DNA of 64,000 nucleotides from Desulfobaccales bacterium (lineage in GTDB: Bacteria > Desulfobacterota > Desulfobaccia > Desulfobaccales > 0-14-0-80-60-11). Under the pieces are notes generated by a model. That model searched no databases. It worked only from the letters and a program-made list of their open reading frames with translations, and was not told where the DNA came from. Below, piece after piece: positions 54,693 to 63,906 of this stretch. The stretch is from positions 101,724 to 165,723 of the forward strand of contig JBAZPO010000005.1 of assembly GCA_041648175.1 (NCBI GenBank), given 5' to 3'. Position numbers and translations under genes: made by a program. Position 1 is the first letter of the stretch, and each line of letters opens with the position of its first letter.

Positions 54693-54906
54693 GGTTACTC
54701 TCCCCTAAACGCCGCTGCTAAAGATGAGGGTGCCCGGGGTCAACCGGCCATCAGGGTAATTTCATGAGCATTACCCTCAGCTTATTTACCAGGGATCGGG
54801 GCCAAAAGCAACCGGAAGAGGGGCGACCCTCCAGTCACGGAGATAACGCTGGTACGGTTAAACAAAAGTTGCACTCATCGAAGTAAAAATAGCCCCAGTT
54901 TTGTAA

Positions 54907-54928
54907 GGTCGCACCTGCAGGTGCGACC
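54907..54928. repeat. Perfect 22-bp palindrome GGTCGCACCTGCAGGTGCGACC
   Basis: Read directly. Lies in the intergenic region upstream of aroF. Confidence 0.8.
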
Positions 54929-55475
54929 CGCCCCTACAAAAACTAAAATTACCTGGATGACAGTACATGGTAAAAACATGTCCTATTCGGGCATTATTGA
55001 GTGCTTTTTTGCCGTTTTATTGTGTTTTAAGGCCGTTTTAGGGCAAATAGCACCCTTGTGAAAGCCCTTTTTTGCCCCTTCTTGTGCCATGTACCGGATA
55101 ATTCCGAAACGATTAGCCGCAACATATTGTTGTCATTACGCTTTATGTCGTTTACATTCGCCTGGGGGTCGCCAGGAACCGCTTACTTCCAACTCGCAAC
55201 CGCCAGAATACCGCTGCCAGAGGGTTTTGTGCCGCCATGGGCGCGCTTGGTTTCGTGAAGTTGCAGAGAAATGCGGCCATAATGGCACAGAGGTTCCACA
55301 CCCGGAAACTTAATCTGACCAGTGGGAGCAGGGAGCAGTTTTTTCACGTCAGGATTTTCTTTCCTTGTCAGAGGTTTTTTCTCATTATACCGAGTAGCTC
55401 TCAAAAAAGTGATATCGACGTCTCGCATATCATATATAAGATAAGGTGGCGAAGCAGAGCTCGCGGGAAACTTGC

Positions 55476-55499
55476 GTTCCCAAGCTGGAGCTTGGGAAC
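55476..55499. repeat. Repeat family D core hairpin GTTCCCAAGCTGGAGCTTGGGAAC
   Basis: Read directly. Related copies at 62875..62965 and 63907..63985. Confidence 0.8.
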
Positions 55500-55542
55500 G
55501 AGAGAAAAAGGGCAAATTAGCGCAGGGACGGACACATGCAGC

Positions 55543-56109
55543 TTAAACCGGACGCCAGCAGAGCAGGGCCATTCCCAAGGCCATAGCCGCGCCATAGGGA
55601 ATGGAGCCGCTTTTGAGGGACAGCGGCCGCGGGGGTTTAGCGTCAAAAGTGCGGCAGAGCAGCCAGTTGAGCAAAAAATGCCAGCCTTCCCGGAGCCCGG
55701 CCAGGAGGCGTCGCTGCCACAGCCAGACCACCAGGATGATCAAACCGCCGCTGATTCCCATATAGATAAAGAGAAGAAAAGCGCGTTGCAGTCCCAGCCA
55801 AGCCCCCAGGGCCGCACTAGCCTTGACATCACCGGCTCCCATGCCCCCCATGAGATAAGGCCCCAGGAGCAGAATAAAACCCAAGCCCAATCCAGCTAAC
55901 CCATCCAGGAAACCCGGAAGACCATGGAAGCCCAGTTGAAAGCCCAAACCCGCCAGAGCGCCGCCAAAAGTCAGATAATTGGGGATTCGTCTGGATTTGA
56001 GGTCCCAGACAGCCATTCCCAGGCTCAGCAGCAGCGGGAAGACCAGGTCAAAATGGGCCTGAAGCCAGGAGCCAAAACTATACAGCCAATGGGACAACCT
56101 TGCCTCCAA
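55543..56109 (-). CDS. A24-family prepilin peptidase (CpaA-like, no methyltransferase domain)
   Basis: DLKSRRIPNYLT and GMGAGDVKASAALGAWLG carry the two catalytic Asp motifs. About 6 TM helices. TTG start. Confidence 0.75.
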   Translation of the reverse strand: MEARLSHWLYSFGSWLQAHFDLVFPLLLSLGMAVWDLKSRRIPNYLTFGGALAGLGFQLGFHGLPGFLDGLAGLGLGFILLLGPYLMGGMGAGDVKASAALGAWLGLQRAFLLFIYMGISGGLIILVVWLWQRRLLAGLREGWHFLLNWLLCRTFDAKPPRPLSLKSGSIPYGAAMALGMALLCWRPV

Positions 56110-56210
56110 AGCTCTTATTTTCCGTCTTGCTTTATTTTTCGGAATTTTATCAGAATAAGGTTAATTTATTCATTCAGAATGAGAGCCCGGTTGATAAATT
56201 TTTGCTGGCT

Positions 56211-56319
56211 CTGTTACGAAAAGTTCAAGGTTCAAAGTTCAAGGTTGAATGGCGGGCGGGACGCCCGCCCTACCGGGTTTTTCATGATTTTGAGAGAGTT
56301 GCAGGCTCATGAGCGACTG
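56211..56319 (+). repeat. Repeat family A, full copy 2
   Basis: ctgttacgaaaagttcaaggttcaaagttcaaggttgaatggcgggcgggacgcccgccctaccgggtttttcatgattttgagagagttgcaggctcatgagcgactg. Confidence 0.85.
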
Positions 56320-56371
56320 TTCCAGGAAGTACATTGGCTTAAGCTACGCATAGAACAAAAGGACCAACAAT

Positions 56372-57058
56372 ATGGCAAAGATTATTCTCATTCAGCCCCA
56401 GCCAGCGCTCCGACTGGACAGCCGGAAGAACCTGCTCCGCGCCCTTTCGCTGCTCGAGGGCTGCCAGGGAGAAGCAGCCGATTTGATCTGCTTTCCCGAG
56501 TACTTTCCTTTTTTCGGGGAGGAAGAACTGGCCAGCGCCGCGGCTCGGCTTCAGGCGTATATCATCGCCGGCTTGGTGGAAGAAGCGGGAGGGCACCGTT
56601 ACAATACCGCCACTCTGTTCGATCGCGGCGGTCGTATGCTGGGACGCCAACGCAAGCATAACCTTGGGAACCTGGAGCGCCGGGGTTTTCAGGTCAGTCC
56701 GGGGGAGAACTGGCCAACCTGGGACACGGACTTCGGCCGCCTGGGCATACCGGTGTGTATCGATTATTGGGGCCAGCCCGAAGCGGCCCGGCATCTGGCG
56801 GCCCAGGAGGTCGATCTCGTCGTTAATCCTGCCCTCTTTCCCATCCTTCGAATCCACTGGCATACGGGGGCTTTGACTCGGGCCTTTGACTATTATGTGC
56901 CAGTGGTGGGAGTGAATACCGCGGCCGCGGTGGTGGAAATTGCCGGGCGCCACTACCCCCTGCAGGGAGGGAGTTCGTTTGCCATCCAGCCCCCGGCGCC
57001 GACGGATAGGGCCGAACTGTCCCGGCAGGTGCGGGGTTGGGATGGCCTGGAGGAATAG
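56372..57058 (+). CDS. Carbon-nitrogen hydrolase (nitrilase superfamily) protein
   Basis: Catalytic triad contexts CFPEYF (Glu), RQRKHNL (Lys) and IPVCIDYW (Cys). Confidence 0.8.
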   Translation: MAKIILIQPQPALRLDSRKNLLRALSLLEGCQGEAADLICFPEYFPFFGEEELASAAARLQAYIIAGLVEEAGGHRYNTATLFDRGGRMLGRQRKHNLGNLERRGFQVSPGENWPTWDTDFGRLGIPVCIDYWGQPEAARHLAAQEVDLVVNPALFPILRIHWHTGALTRAFDYYVPVVGVNTAAAVVEIAGRHYPLQGGSSFAIQPPAPTDRAELSRQVRGWDGLEE

Positions 57059-57268
57059 CTCGTGCTCAGGGGTGGAGAAACCGCGGTGCTCAACGTAAAT
57101 CTGGATCTGGATGGCCCTCGCCGCTGGCGCCCGGGCATCCGGCAACGCTTTGGAATTCGCCGGAGCTAGTGATGTGTTTCACAATTAAAGTGACCCTGGA
57201 GATGCGGATTTTTTACCTTCCTTTCCTAAAGGGGGGCAGAGGGAAATTTTATAACCTCCTGAAATTCC

Positions 57269-57335
57269 CCTAAATCCCCCTTTTTTAAAGGGGGACTTAA
57301 GCTGCCGAGTATGGCGATCCGGACCTAATTTAATG
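57269..57335 (+). repeat. Repeat family C, copy 2
   Basis: cctaaatccccctttttt-aaagggggacttaagctgccgagt...tccggacctaattta is colinear with 52268..52335. Confidence 0.75.
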
Positions 57336-57612
57336 TCCAGATTATTATGATTCGGACCACTAAGAGACGCATGATCAGGACTTGTGTCGAGATAAAAATA
57401 CCTTAATGAACTTCTTTAGAGAAACCGATAATACTTTGGGGCAACCAGGCAAGCAGGTTTTCGAACCTGGAGACAGAAATTTTTAACCTGAAAGATCGTA
57501 AAAATCGGTTTACGACAGTACTTTTCTTGACATTGAAGAAAAAATCCTTAATTATCTAATGCAGGTCAAACGGGGCGGGTTTGGCTAAATGCTCTAAATC
57601 TTAAGGAGAGAT

Positions 57613-58122
57613 ATGATGCGAAAATATGTCATTTTTACCGTGGTAGCGGCCCTCTGTCTATTCATGGCATTGCCGGTCCTGGCCCAGCCTAAGGGCGGAG
57701 CGTTGATGTCAGAGGATGCTTTTACCCCCATAGCCGCGGGCTATGATTTCATCCGGGCAGGCAAATATGAAGCCGCCAAAAATGAATTTGCCAAGGCGGT
57801 GAAAGCGGATAAGTTTAATCCCTTTGCCCTGAACAACATGGCGGTTTTGGAGGAGCGGGAAGGCAAACTGAACGACGCTCTGGCTAACCTGAAGGATGCC
57901 ACCACTCATGCTAATGAGTACTTAGACAAAGTGACCCAAACCTGCTTTGCCGGCGGCGGCTGCCTGGCGGTGAAACCCCTGCGCGAGAAAGGCGAAAAGA
58001 GTTCCATTGCTCCTGTAATCCAGGAGAATATTGCAAAACTCGAGGCCAAGATCAAAGCAACCGGTACTGCCCCGCCTCCAGTTAGCCCCCCGCCGATGGT
58101 GCCACCGCAGAAGACCAAGTAA
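57613..58122 (+). CDS. Secreted TPR-like protein with Pro-rich C-terminus
   Basis: Signal peptide VVAALCLFMALPVLA. TPR-like helices (GKYEAAKNEFAKAVKADKFNPFALNNMAVLEEREGKLNDAL). AAGGAGAG SD. Confidence 0.7.
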   Translation: MMRKYVIFTVVAALCLFMALPVLAQPKGGALMSEDAFTPIAAGYDFIRAGKYEAAKNEFAKAVKADKFNPFALNNMAVLEEREGKLNDALANLKDATTHANEYLDKVTQTCFAGGGCLAVKPLREKGEKSSIAPVIQENIAKLEAKIKATGTAPPPVSPPPMVPPQKTK

Positions 58123-58128
58123 CAACCT

Positions 58129-58165
58129 TAGGGGCCTTCGGGCCCCTACCGCCCCGTTTTTCTTT
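58129..58165 (+). terminator. Terminator-like hairpin after the TPR gene
   Basis: taggggcc-ttcg-ggccccta, then a T-rich tract (gtttttcttttt) after an 8-nt gap. Confidence 0.55.
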
Positions 58166-58236
58166 TTGATGACCTCATCCATCGGATGATGAGCAGCGAA
58201 ATTGATCGAGATTTACCCCTGCCAAACTCATATCGG

Positions 58237-58275
58237 GGGCCAGGGGTCGCAAGACCCTCCCTGGCCCTTTTTTTA
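58237..58275 (+). terminator. Second, stronger intrinsic terminator
   Basis: GGGCCAGGG...CCCTGGCCC (9-bp GC stem with an inner GTC/GAC extension) followed by seven T. Confidence 0.7.
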
Positions 58276-58413
58276 TTTCCCGCCCCCGGTTAACTTCTCG
58301 GCACCTACTCATAATTCTGGTGCAAGGGCGCACGCTTTCCAACACCCCAAAAATCTCTTGAGTGGTGCTAATCCCTGCCGATCCTATTTTATGAAAAGAG
58401 AGACCCTGTCTGA

Positions 58414-58788
58414 CTAAGGGTGGGACAACAGATCCTTAAGGTCTCGAAGGCTTTCTCGGGCTTCACGGAGGGAGTGCACCAGGCGCACGTGCCCGGGAAC
58501 CCCCTTAGGCAGGAAGATTCGATGATTAACCAGTGAAGGATTTGGACTGGATTGCAATTGGGCGGTGAGATCGGCCAGTTCCCGGACCAGGAAGAGGAAG
58601 GCGGCTCCCAGCGGTTCGCCGCCGCCTTCGCCCACTTCATCCCACGTGAGGGGCAGGTGTATAGGGGTAGATGGCGTTAAAGACGCGGTTGCACGTCCCC
58701 CACCCTCCACCCGGTTGGCCAGGGCCTGGGTTAGAGGCAACTTTGCAAGCTTGGTCTTTTTGCCGGCAAACTGTTTCTTTTTCGCCAT
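58414..58788 (-). CDS. Hypothetical 124-aa protein with lysine-rich N-terminus, candidate ParA partner
   Basis: MAKKKQFAGKKTKLAKL opening. The start overlaps the 3' end of the ParA-like gene by 58 nt. No SD seen. Confidence 0.45.
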   Translation of the reverse strand: MAKKKQFAGKKTKLAKLPLTQALANRVEGGGRATASLTPSTPIHLPLTWDEVGEGGGEPLGAAFLFLVRELADLTAQLQSSPNPSLVNHRIFLPKGVPGHVRLVHSLREARESLRDLKDLLSHP

Positions 58789-59549
58789 ATTTCCAGAAAC
58801 TCAAGACAGAGTTGAAAATAATCCATGGAGCCCGAACTCTTAGATTCGTAGTCGAAAATCGCTTTCTGAGCTATCTGGGCTTGGTTCAAGGCTTCGTTCT
58901 TCATAATGATCGCGGTGAAGGTTTTTTCGCGGTAAGGTTTTAACTGTTCCAGAATGTATTCATTGGTGACGCTGTTCCGCTTGTCATACATAGTGAGCAA
59001 AATGCGAAACAGATCTTCTTGAAAAAGATCATCTGTAGTCAGGTTCTTTACGGTTTCCACCGTGGTGAGTAAGTCTGCCAGACCATCCAGCGAGTAGCGG
59101 GAGATTTGACAAGGAATAACAATAAAATCACAGGCATAGAGGGAATTGGTAGTCAGGACCCCCAGCGACGGCGGGCAGTCGATCAGAACAAAATCATAAT
59201 CCACACCCTTGAGGGCGTTGGCCAGAATGGCTTCACGAAAAACCCGGGAATAAACCTGCTCCGCGGCCCGGGCCAGATGGATGTGAGCCGGAGCAACGTC
59301 CAAACCCAGGATATACGTGGGTATCACCACCTCGGTGATGGCCATTTTGGGGACGATGAGAATATCCGCCATGGACCTGGCGATGGCGTCCGGTTCTATT
59401 CCGATGCCGATGCTGGTGTGGCCCTGGGGGTCCAGGTCAACGATCAGGGTGCGGTACCCCTGATAGGCCAGCGCAGCCCCCAGATTCAGGGTGGTCGTGG
59501 TTTTCCCGGTACCGCCTTTCTGGTTTATAACCGCTACGATGTGGGACAT
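58731..59549 (-). CDS. ParA/Soj/MinD-family P-loop ATPase
   Basis: Deviant Walker A VINQKGGTGKTTTTLNL, LIVDLDPQG, and FVLIDCPPSLG. Preferred start MSHIVAV at 59549 (the track start is a TTG 47 codons upstream). Confidence 0.85.
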   Translation of the reverse strand: MSHIVAVINQKGGTGKTTTTLNLGAALAYQGYRTLIVDLDPQGHTSIGIGIEPDAIARSMADILIVPKMAITEVVIPTYILGLDVAPAHIHLARAAEQVYSRVFREAILANALKGVDYDFVLIDCPPSLGVLTTNSLYACDFIVIPCQISRYSLDGLADLLTTVETVKNLTTDDLFQEDLFRILLTMYDKRNSVTNEYILEQLKPYREKTFTAIIMKNEALNQAQIAQKAIFDYESKSSGSMDYFQLCLEFLEIWRKRNSLPAKRPSLQSCL

Positions 59550-59741
59550 GAGGTGAGCTTGGGCCGGCTGCTGCCGGCGCTTTTTGGGCTTAGGATAAAG
59601 GATAGCCGAAATTCCGTCAAGGAATATCTGGCCGGGTGGTGCCGGAATGTTTACAGAGGACTGACTGACTCTCTGGCACAAAGTCTGCAAAGCTATTAAA
59701 GAGGTTTATAAATTAGTTTAATTATCTTACAAGGCTGGTTA

Positions 59742-60146
59742 ATGACCTTCCTTTTGGAAAGACGACGATTCAACCGGATTTTCGTATCCCTGCCGGTAGA
59801 ATTTTATGCCCGCCTCTCTGATGCCGAGGCTCCCTGTCAGGGTCAGGGATGCCTCCGAGACATCAGCCTGAGCGGCATTTACTTCCATATAGTTTCGGAC
59901 ATGTCCTTTCAGCAGGGCCAGATCCTCTCCCTCAGCATATTCGCCCCGCTACAATACCTGGAGGGCAGCGACATCTCCCATCTTCAGGCCACCGGAGAGG
60001 TAATTCGTTTCGACCCCCCGGAACCCGACCGGCCTCAGGGCGGGGTAGCCTTAAACTTTCTGGAAGGCCCCACCTTCCTCTCCAAGGAAGACCAGGAAAT
60101 GTTTCAAGGTTTGAACAGATCTAATCATATTCCTCCCCAAAATTAG
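59742..60146 (+). CDS. PilZ-domain protein (c-di-GMP binding motifs present)
   Basis: RRRFNR (RxxxR) and DISLSG (D/NxSxxG) at the canonical spacing. Confidence 0.75.
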   Translation: MTFLLERRRFNRIFVSLPVEFYARLSDAEAPCQGQGCLRDISLSGIYFHIVSDMSFQQGQILSLSIFAPLQYLEGSDISHLQATGEVIRFDPPEPDRPQGGVALNFLEGPTFLSKEDQEMFQGLNRSNHIPPQN

Positions 60147-60227
60147 CATTCCTCTAAAATTAATATAGTTTATATATATTAAGGATTGTCTAATTTCCCA
60201 TTTATTCTCGGTTAAATCTTTTGACTC

Positions 60228-61337
60228 ATGTCTCCACGGCATAAGGCAGCCATCGCCCTCAGCGGCGGGGTGGACAGCGCTGTGGCCGCCATGCTTCTGC
60301 GCGGTCAGGGCTGGGACCTTAAGTGCGTTCACCTGCGCCTGACTTCCTGGGGTGCATCGGCAGACTGGGTGCAAGCCCTGGCCCAACGCCTGGAAATTCC
60401 CCTGCAATTGATTGACCTGCAACGGGAATTCTCCGAGGAGGTCCTGGATTATTTTGTGTCGGAATATGGCCGGGGTCGCACTCCCAACCCCTGCGTCCGG
60501 TGTAATGCGGCCATTAAGTTCGGACGGTTATGGGAGTACCTTAAGGAGGATGGCTTCACACACCTGGCCACAGGCCATTACGCCCGGCTGCAACCGATTG
60601 AAGCGGCCGCGCCTGCCCTGCTTCGGGGGGTTGACCCGCGCAAGGACCAGTCCTATTTTCTCAGCCGTCTGCCCCGTGACCTCTTGCCAAATTTCCTCTT
60701 TCCTCTGGGCGATCTTACCAAAGACGAGGTGCGACGGATCTATCACGCGGCGAACTTGCCCATCCAGGAACACCAACGGGAGAGCATGGAACTCTGCTTC
60801 ATACCGGAGGGCGACTACCAGGACTTCCTCCAAGCGCGACGGGGATTCATAGGTCCTCCCGGTGATTTTATCGATGCCCGGGGCCGAGTCCTGGGTCAGC
60901 ATCGGGGCCTGGAATGTTATACCGTGGGGCAACGCCGGGGCTTAGGCATCCCGGCCCGGGAACCCTACTATGTGACTGAAATTCAGCCGGCCTGCAACCG
61001 GGTGGTGTTGGGGCCTCGGGCCGAGCTTTTCTCCTCGGGCCTCCTGGCCTCCCGGATGAACTGGCTCATTGATCCTCCGGACGCCGAGTTTGAGGCCGTG
61101 GCCGTGATCCGTTACCGTCATCCCGGGGTGCGCGCCCGGATTATCCCCAGGCGCTCGGGTGAGGTGCAGGTGGAGTTCGAGACCCCGCAATCGGCTGTGG
61201 CTCCGGGCCAGGCCGTGGTCTTCTACGACCGCGACCGGGTTCTGGGCGGCGGTTGGATCGAAACGGATAACTTGAGGGGAGGACCGGGGGACGTTTTTCG
61301 TGAAGGTCCCCCGCCCTCCCCTCAAACCCCCTCCTAA
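60228..61337 (+). CDS. mnmA: tRNA 2-thiouridine(34) synthase MnmA
   Basis: PP-loop ALSGGVDSAVAA, catalytic Cys context TPNPCVRCN, ATGHYAR. The C-terminal ~20 aa (GPPPSPQTPS) run into repeat sequence. Confidence 0.9.
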   Translation: MSPRHKAAIALSGGVDSAVAAMLLRGQGWDLKCVHLRLTSWGASADWVQALAQRLEIPLQLIDLQREFSEEVLDYFVSEYGRGRTPNPCVRCNAAIKFGRLWEYLKEDGFTHLATGHYARLQPIEAAAPALLRGVDPRKDQSYFLSRLPRDLLPNFLFPLGDLTKDEVRRIYHAANLPIQEHQRESMELCFIPEGDYQDFLQARRGFIGPPGDFIDARGRVLGQHRGLECYTVGQRRGLGIPAREPYYVTEIQPACNRVVLGPRAELFSSGLLASRMNWLIDPPDAEFEAVAVIRYRHPGVRARIIPRRSGEVQVEFETPQSAVAPGQAVVFYDRDRVLGGGWIETDNLRGGPGDVFREGPPPSPQTPS

Positions 61338-61417
61338 CCCCCTGTATGGGATTGGTTGAGGGGGAAAGGGCTCTCGCCCTTGGCTCTCTCGCCCACCGTT
61401 GTGATATCATAATTTTA

Positions 61418-62845
61418 ATGCCCACTTTTCGCGTCATTACTTTCGGCTGTAAGGTGAACCAGTGCGACAGCGCCGGGATGACCCAGGAGCTTACGGCTCG
61501 GGGTTGGAGCGCCGCGCCCTCGGACGCAGTCCCGGACCTGATGGTGGTGAATACCTGCACCGTCACCAAACGTGCCGACCAGCAGGCCCGCCAGACCGTG
61601 CGCCGCCTGGCCCGGGAGCACCCCGGCCTGTCCATTTGGGTCACCGGTTGTTATGCTCAACGCGCCCCTCATGAACTGGCGGCCTTGCCAGAGGTTCAGG
61701 CCATTTTTGGGAACCAGGAAAAGGCCCGCCTGGCTCATATGTTAAAAAATTTTCAGGATAATCCCCTATATGATCCCTCTTTTCCCTCTCCCTTGCTGGG
61801 GGAGAGTTGGGGTGGGGGTGAAAATCCTCCTCCCCCCAGCCCCCTCCCACCAGGGGAGGGGGAGGAAGGAATTTCCGCAAAGAAGTCCGGAGTGTGGCAA
61901 CAGGTGCGAGATTTTTCCGAGGCTACGCCCTTTTCTCCATGGCAAATTCAACCTATTCCCGGCCAGACCCGGGCCCGGCTCAAGATTCAGGAGGGCTGCA
62001 GTCACCGGTGCAGCTATTGCATTGTCCCGAAGGTTCGGGGTCCGCGCCGCAGCCTGGAGCCGGAGGCGGTGCTGGCGGCGATGCAAGAACTGGCCGGCCT
62101 GGGTTACCGGGAGGTGGTCCTCACCGGGGTTGACCTGGGCCAGTATGGACTGGATCACTCGCCGCCCTCCAGCTTGGCTGCCTTGGTGCAACGCATTACG
62201 AAAATAACAAAAATGCCCTTCCGGGTGCGCCTAAGCTCGCTAGAACCCCAGATGGTGACGCCGGAACTCCTGGATACGCTTGCCGCCTGGCCTAACTTCT
62301 GCCCCCATTTCCATCTGCCCCTGCAGAGCGGGGCCGCGCCCGTGTTGACGGCCATGGGGCGGCCTTACGGGCCGGAAGAGTTCCGTGACCTGGTTCATGA
62401 GATCACCCGACGGTTTCCCGGCGTGGGCTTGGGGCTGGACGTCCTGGTGGGGTTTCCGGGCGAGACCGACTCGGACTTTGAAGCCACGCGGGTTCTGGTT
62501 GACGAATTACCGGTGACCTACCTCCACGTCTTCCCATATTCGCCCCGCCCCGGCACCCTGGCGGCAGCCTTGCGGCCCCTGCCGGGGGGAGTAATTCAGG
62601 AGCGGGCCCGGGTCATGCGGGAGTTGGGACGACAGAAGAAGCAACAGTTCATGGAGGCTCAATTGGGGCAGGTGCGGGAAGTGCTGGTGGAAGGGCCGAC
62701 GCCCCAGCCGGGGTATCTCCAGGGCCTCAGCGACCACTATTTGCGGGTAGTCTTTCCCGGCCCGGCAGACTGGCGGAATCGACTCATCAAGGTGCGGCTT
62801 CTGGCGCGGCAAGGGGAAGTTCTAAGGGGGGAAGTAGTAGGTTAG
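61418..62845 (+). CDS. mtaB: Radical-SAM methylthiotransferase, MtaB-like (MiaB/RimO family)
   Basis: N-terminal MTTase Cys triad context (FGCKVNQCDS, VNTCTVT, TGCYAQR), radical-SAM CSHRCSYCIVP, and a C-terminal TRAM-like end. Preferred start MPTFRV at 61418. Confidence 0.9.
   Translation: MPTFRVITFGCKVNQCDSAGMTQELTARGWSAAPSDAVPDLMVVNTCTVTKRADQQARQTVRRLAREHPGLSIWVTGCYAQRAPHELAALPEVQAIFGNQEKARLAHMLKNFQDNPLYDPSFPSPLLGESWGGGENPPPPSPLPPGEGEEGISAKKSGVWQQVRDFSEATPFSPWQIQPIPGQTRARLKIQEGCSHRCSYCIVPKVRGPRRSLEPEAVLAAMQELAGLGYREVVLTGVDLGQYGLDHSPPSSLAALVQRITKITKMPFRVRLSSLEPQMVTPELLDTLAAWPNFCPHFHLPLQSGAAPVLTAMGRPYGPEEFRDLVHEITRRFPGVGLGLDVLVGFPGETDSDFEATRVLVDELPVTYLHVFPYSPRPGTLAAALRPLPGGVIQERARVMRELGRQKKQQFMEAQLGQVREVLVEGPTPQPGYLQGLSDHYLRVVFPGPADWRNRLIKVRLLARQGEVLRGEVVG
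61775..61870 (+). repeat. Hairpin-repeat sequence embedded in-frame inside mtaB
   Basis: CCCTCTCCCttgctGGGGGAGAG and CCCCTCCCaccaGGGGAGGGGG hairpins of the same type as the intergenic ones. Translated as FPSPLLGESWGGGENPPPPSPLPPGEGEEG, between the MTTase and radical-SAM domains. Confidence 0.7.
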
Positions 62846-62874
62846 TTTGTCTAAGCGCAGATTGGGTAAGGATG

Positions 62875-62965
62875 GGGTCCCAAGGACAACTTGGGAACGA
62901 GGAGAATAAAGCTAAAGGCGGGATGCGCTGCGCTTTCCCGGCCTACGGGCTACGGGCTACGGGCT
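62875..62965 (+). repeat. Repeat family D, extended copy, ending in three tandem CTACGGG heptamers
   Basis: ggtcccaaggacaacttgggaacgaggagaataaagctaaaggcgggatgcgctgcgctttcccggcctacgggctacgggctacggg is colinear with 63907..63985. Confidence 0.75.
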
Positions 62966-63002
62966 AACCTGCTCCCGCACGAAGAGAACGAGCGGGTAAC
63001 AC

Positions 63003-63404
63003 TTAGCCGGTGCCATCAGGATTATTTTCAGGGTGAACATCAGATTCCAGGGGCTGGGTCAGGTAATTTGCCGCATAGAAAAAGCCAAAAGAAATGATGA
63101 TGCTAGTGCAGGCTAGAATTACCGCGAGAGATTTTCCCTGCCAGAGCCCGAAAAACCAACGCCTGAAGTCATCCATCATGACATTTAACTTGCCGCCATA
63201 AAGTTCCAGGTTATGCCGATACATTTTTGAATCATCGGGCATAATCGGGTAAATAGCGCCATCCGCAGCTTCGTAACCTAAAGCCCCGTAGTGGGTATCA
63301 GCCGCGCTGTGATAAATCAAGGCAGCGCCACCCAAGCCGACCAGCAAGATGATGGCACCGAGGAGATTAAGGCAGGTCCGTCGTGGGAGAATATTCCAGT
63401 TCAT
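63003..63404 (-). CDS. Hypothetical two-TM membrane protein, 133 aa
   Basis: TM segments LNLLGAIILLVGLGGAALIY and LAVILACTSIIISFGFFYAANY. No SD seen. Confidence 0.5.
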   Translation of the reverse strand: MNWNILPRRTCLNLLGAIILLVGLGGAALIYHSAADTHYGALGYEAADGAIYPIMPDDSKMYRHNLELYGGKLNVMMDDFRRWFFGLWQGKSLAVILACTSIIISFGFFYAANYLTQPLESDVHPENNPDGTG

Positions 63405-63454
63405 ATCAGACTTGGGTTGGCAGCATAGTCATAAAAGGCCGATTGCCCAAGGGT

Positions 63455-63715
63455 TTAAAAAACGCAATGCCACCGGTGATGGATAACGGCTCCGGCCATT
63501 TCATCCAGATCGGCTTGGGCCAGGCCAGTCTTTTTAGACCAGCCGGGGTAGAAACGTTCCATGACCTCAACGGTGAAATAAGCTCTGACCTGATCGGGTC
63601 CGGCAAAATATTCACCGCGGTCAAAGCCGGTGATATCGGAAATATGGGTCAAAGTTCGGGCGACACAGCACAAGGGCATATCCCCGGCGAAATTTTTACT
63701 AGAAGCAGTAAGCAA
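63455..63715 (-). CDS. Hypothetical small protein (weak call)
   Basis: Only an ORF in the same direction as the neighbour. No motif recognised. Confidence 0.3.
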   Translation of the reverse strand: MLTASSKNFAGDMPLCCVARTLTHISDITGFDRGEYFAGPDQVRAYFTVEVMERFYPGWSKKTGLAQADLDEMAGAVIHHRWHCVF

Positions 63716-63906
63716 ATTTTTCGCCGCCTTAAGAGGGTATTGGTGCGAAGTTTATCAGATGGGATTACGTGCAGCAATCAAGTGGAAAGGCATAAGTTAC
63801 CTTATCCCCCCTCACCCTAACCCCCCCCGTCGGGGGGAGGGGGGATAAAGGGCAAGAACTTTCGGTGAGCGTTCTCGTGTGCCCAAGGGCAGCTTGGGCA
63901 ATAATG

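Noticed and set aside
55058-55540. ORFs 55183-55515 (-), 55237-55899 (+) and 55089-55313 (+), in the gap between aroF and the prepilin peptidase gene.
   Set aside because: They overlap one another, include repeat-derived sequence (the family D hairpin at 55476), lack SD sequences and show no family motif. I looked for a RAYT or IS200-type transposase signature here and did not find one.
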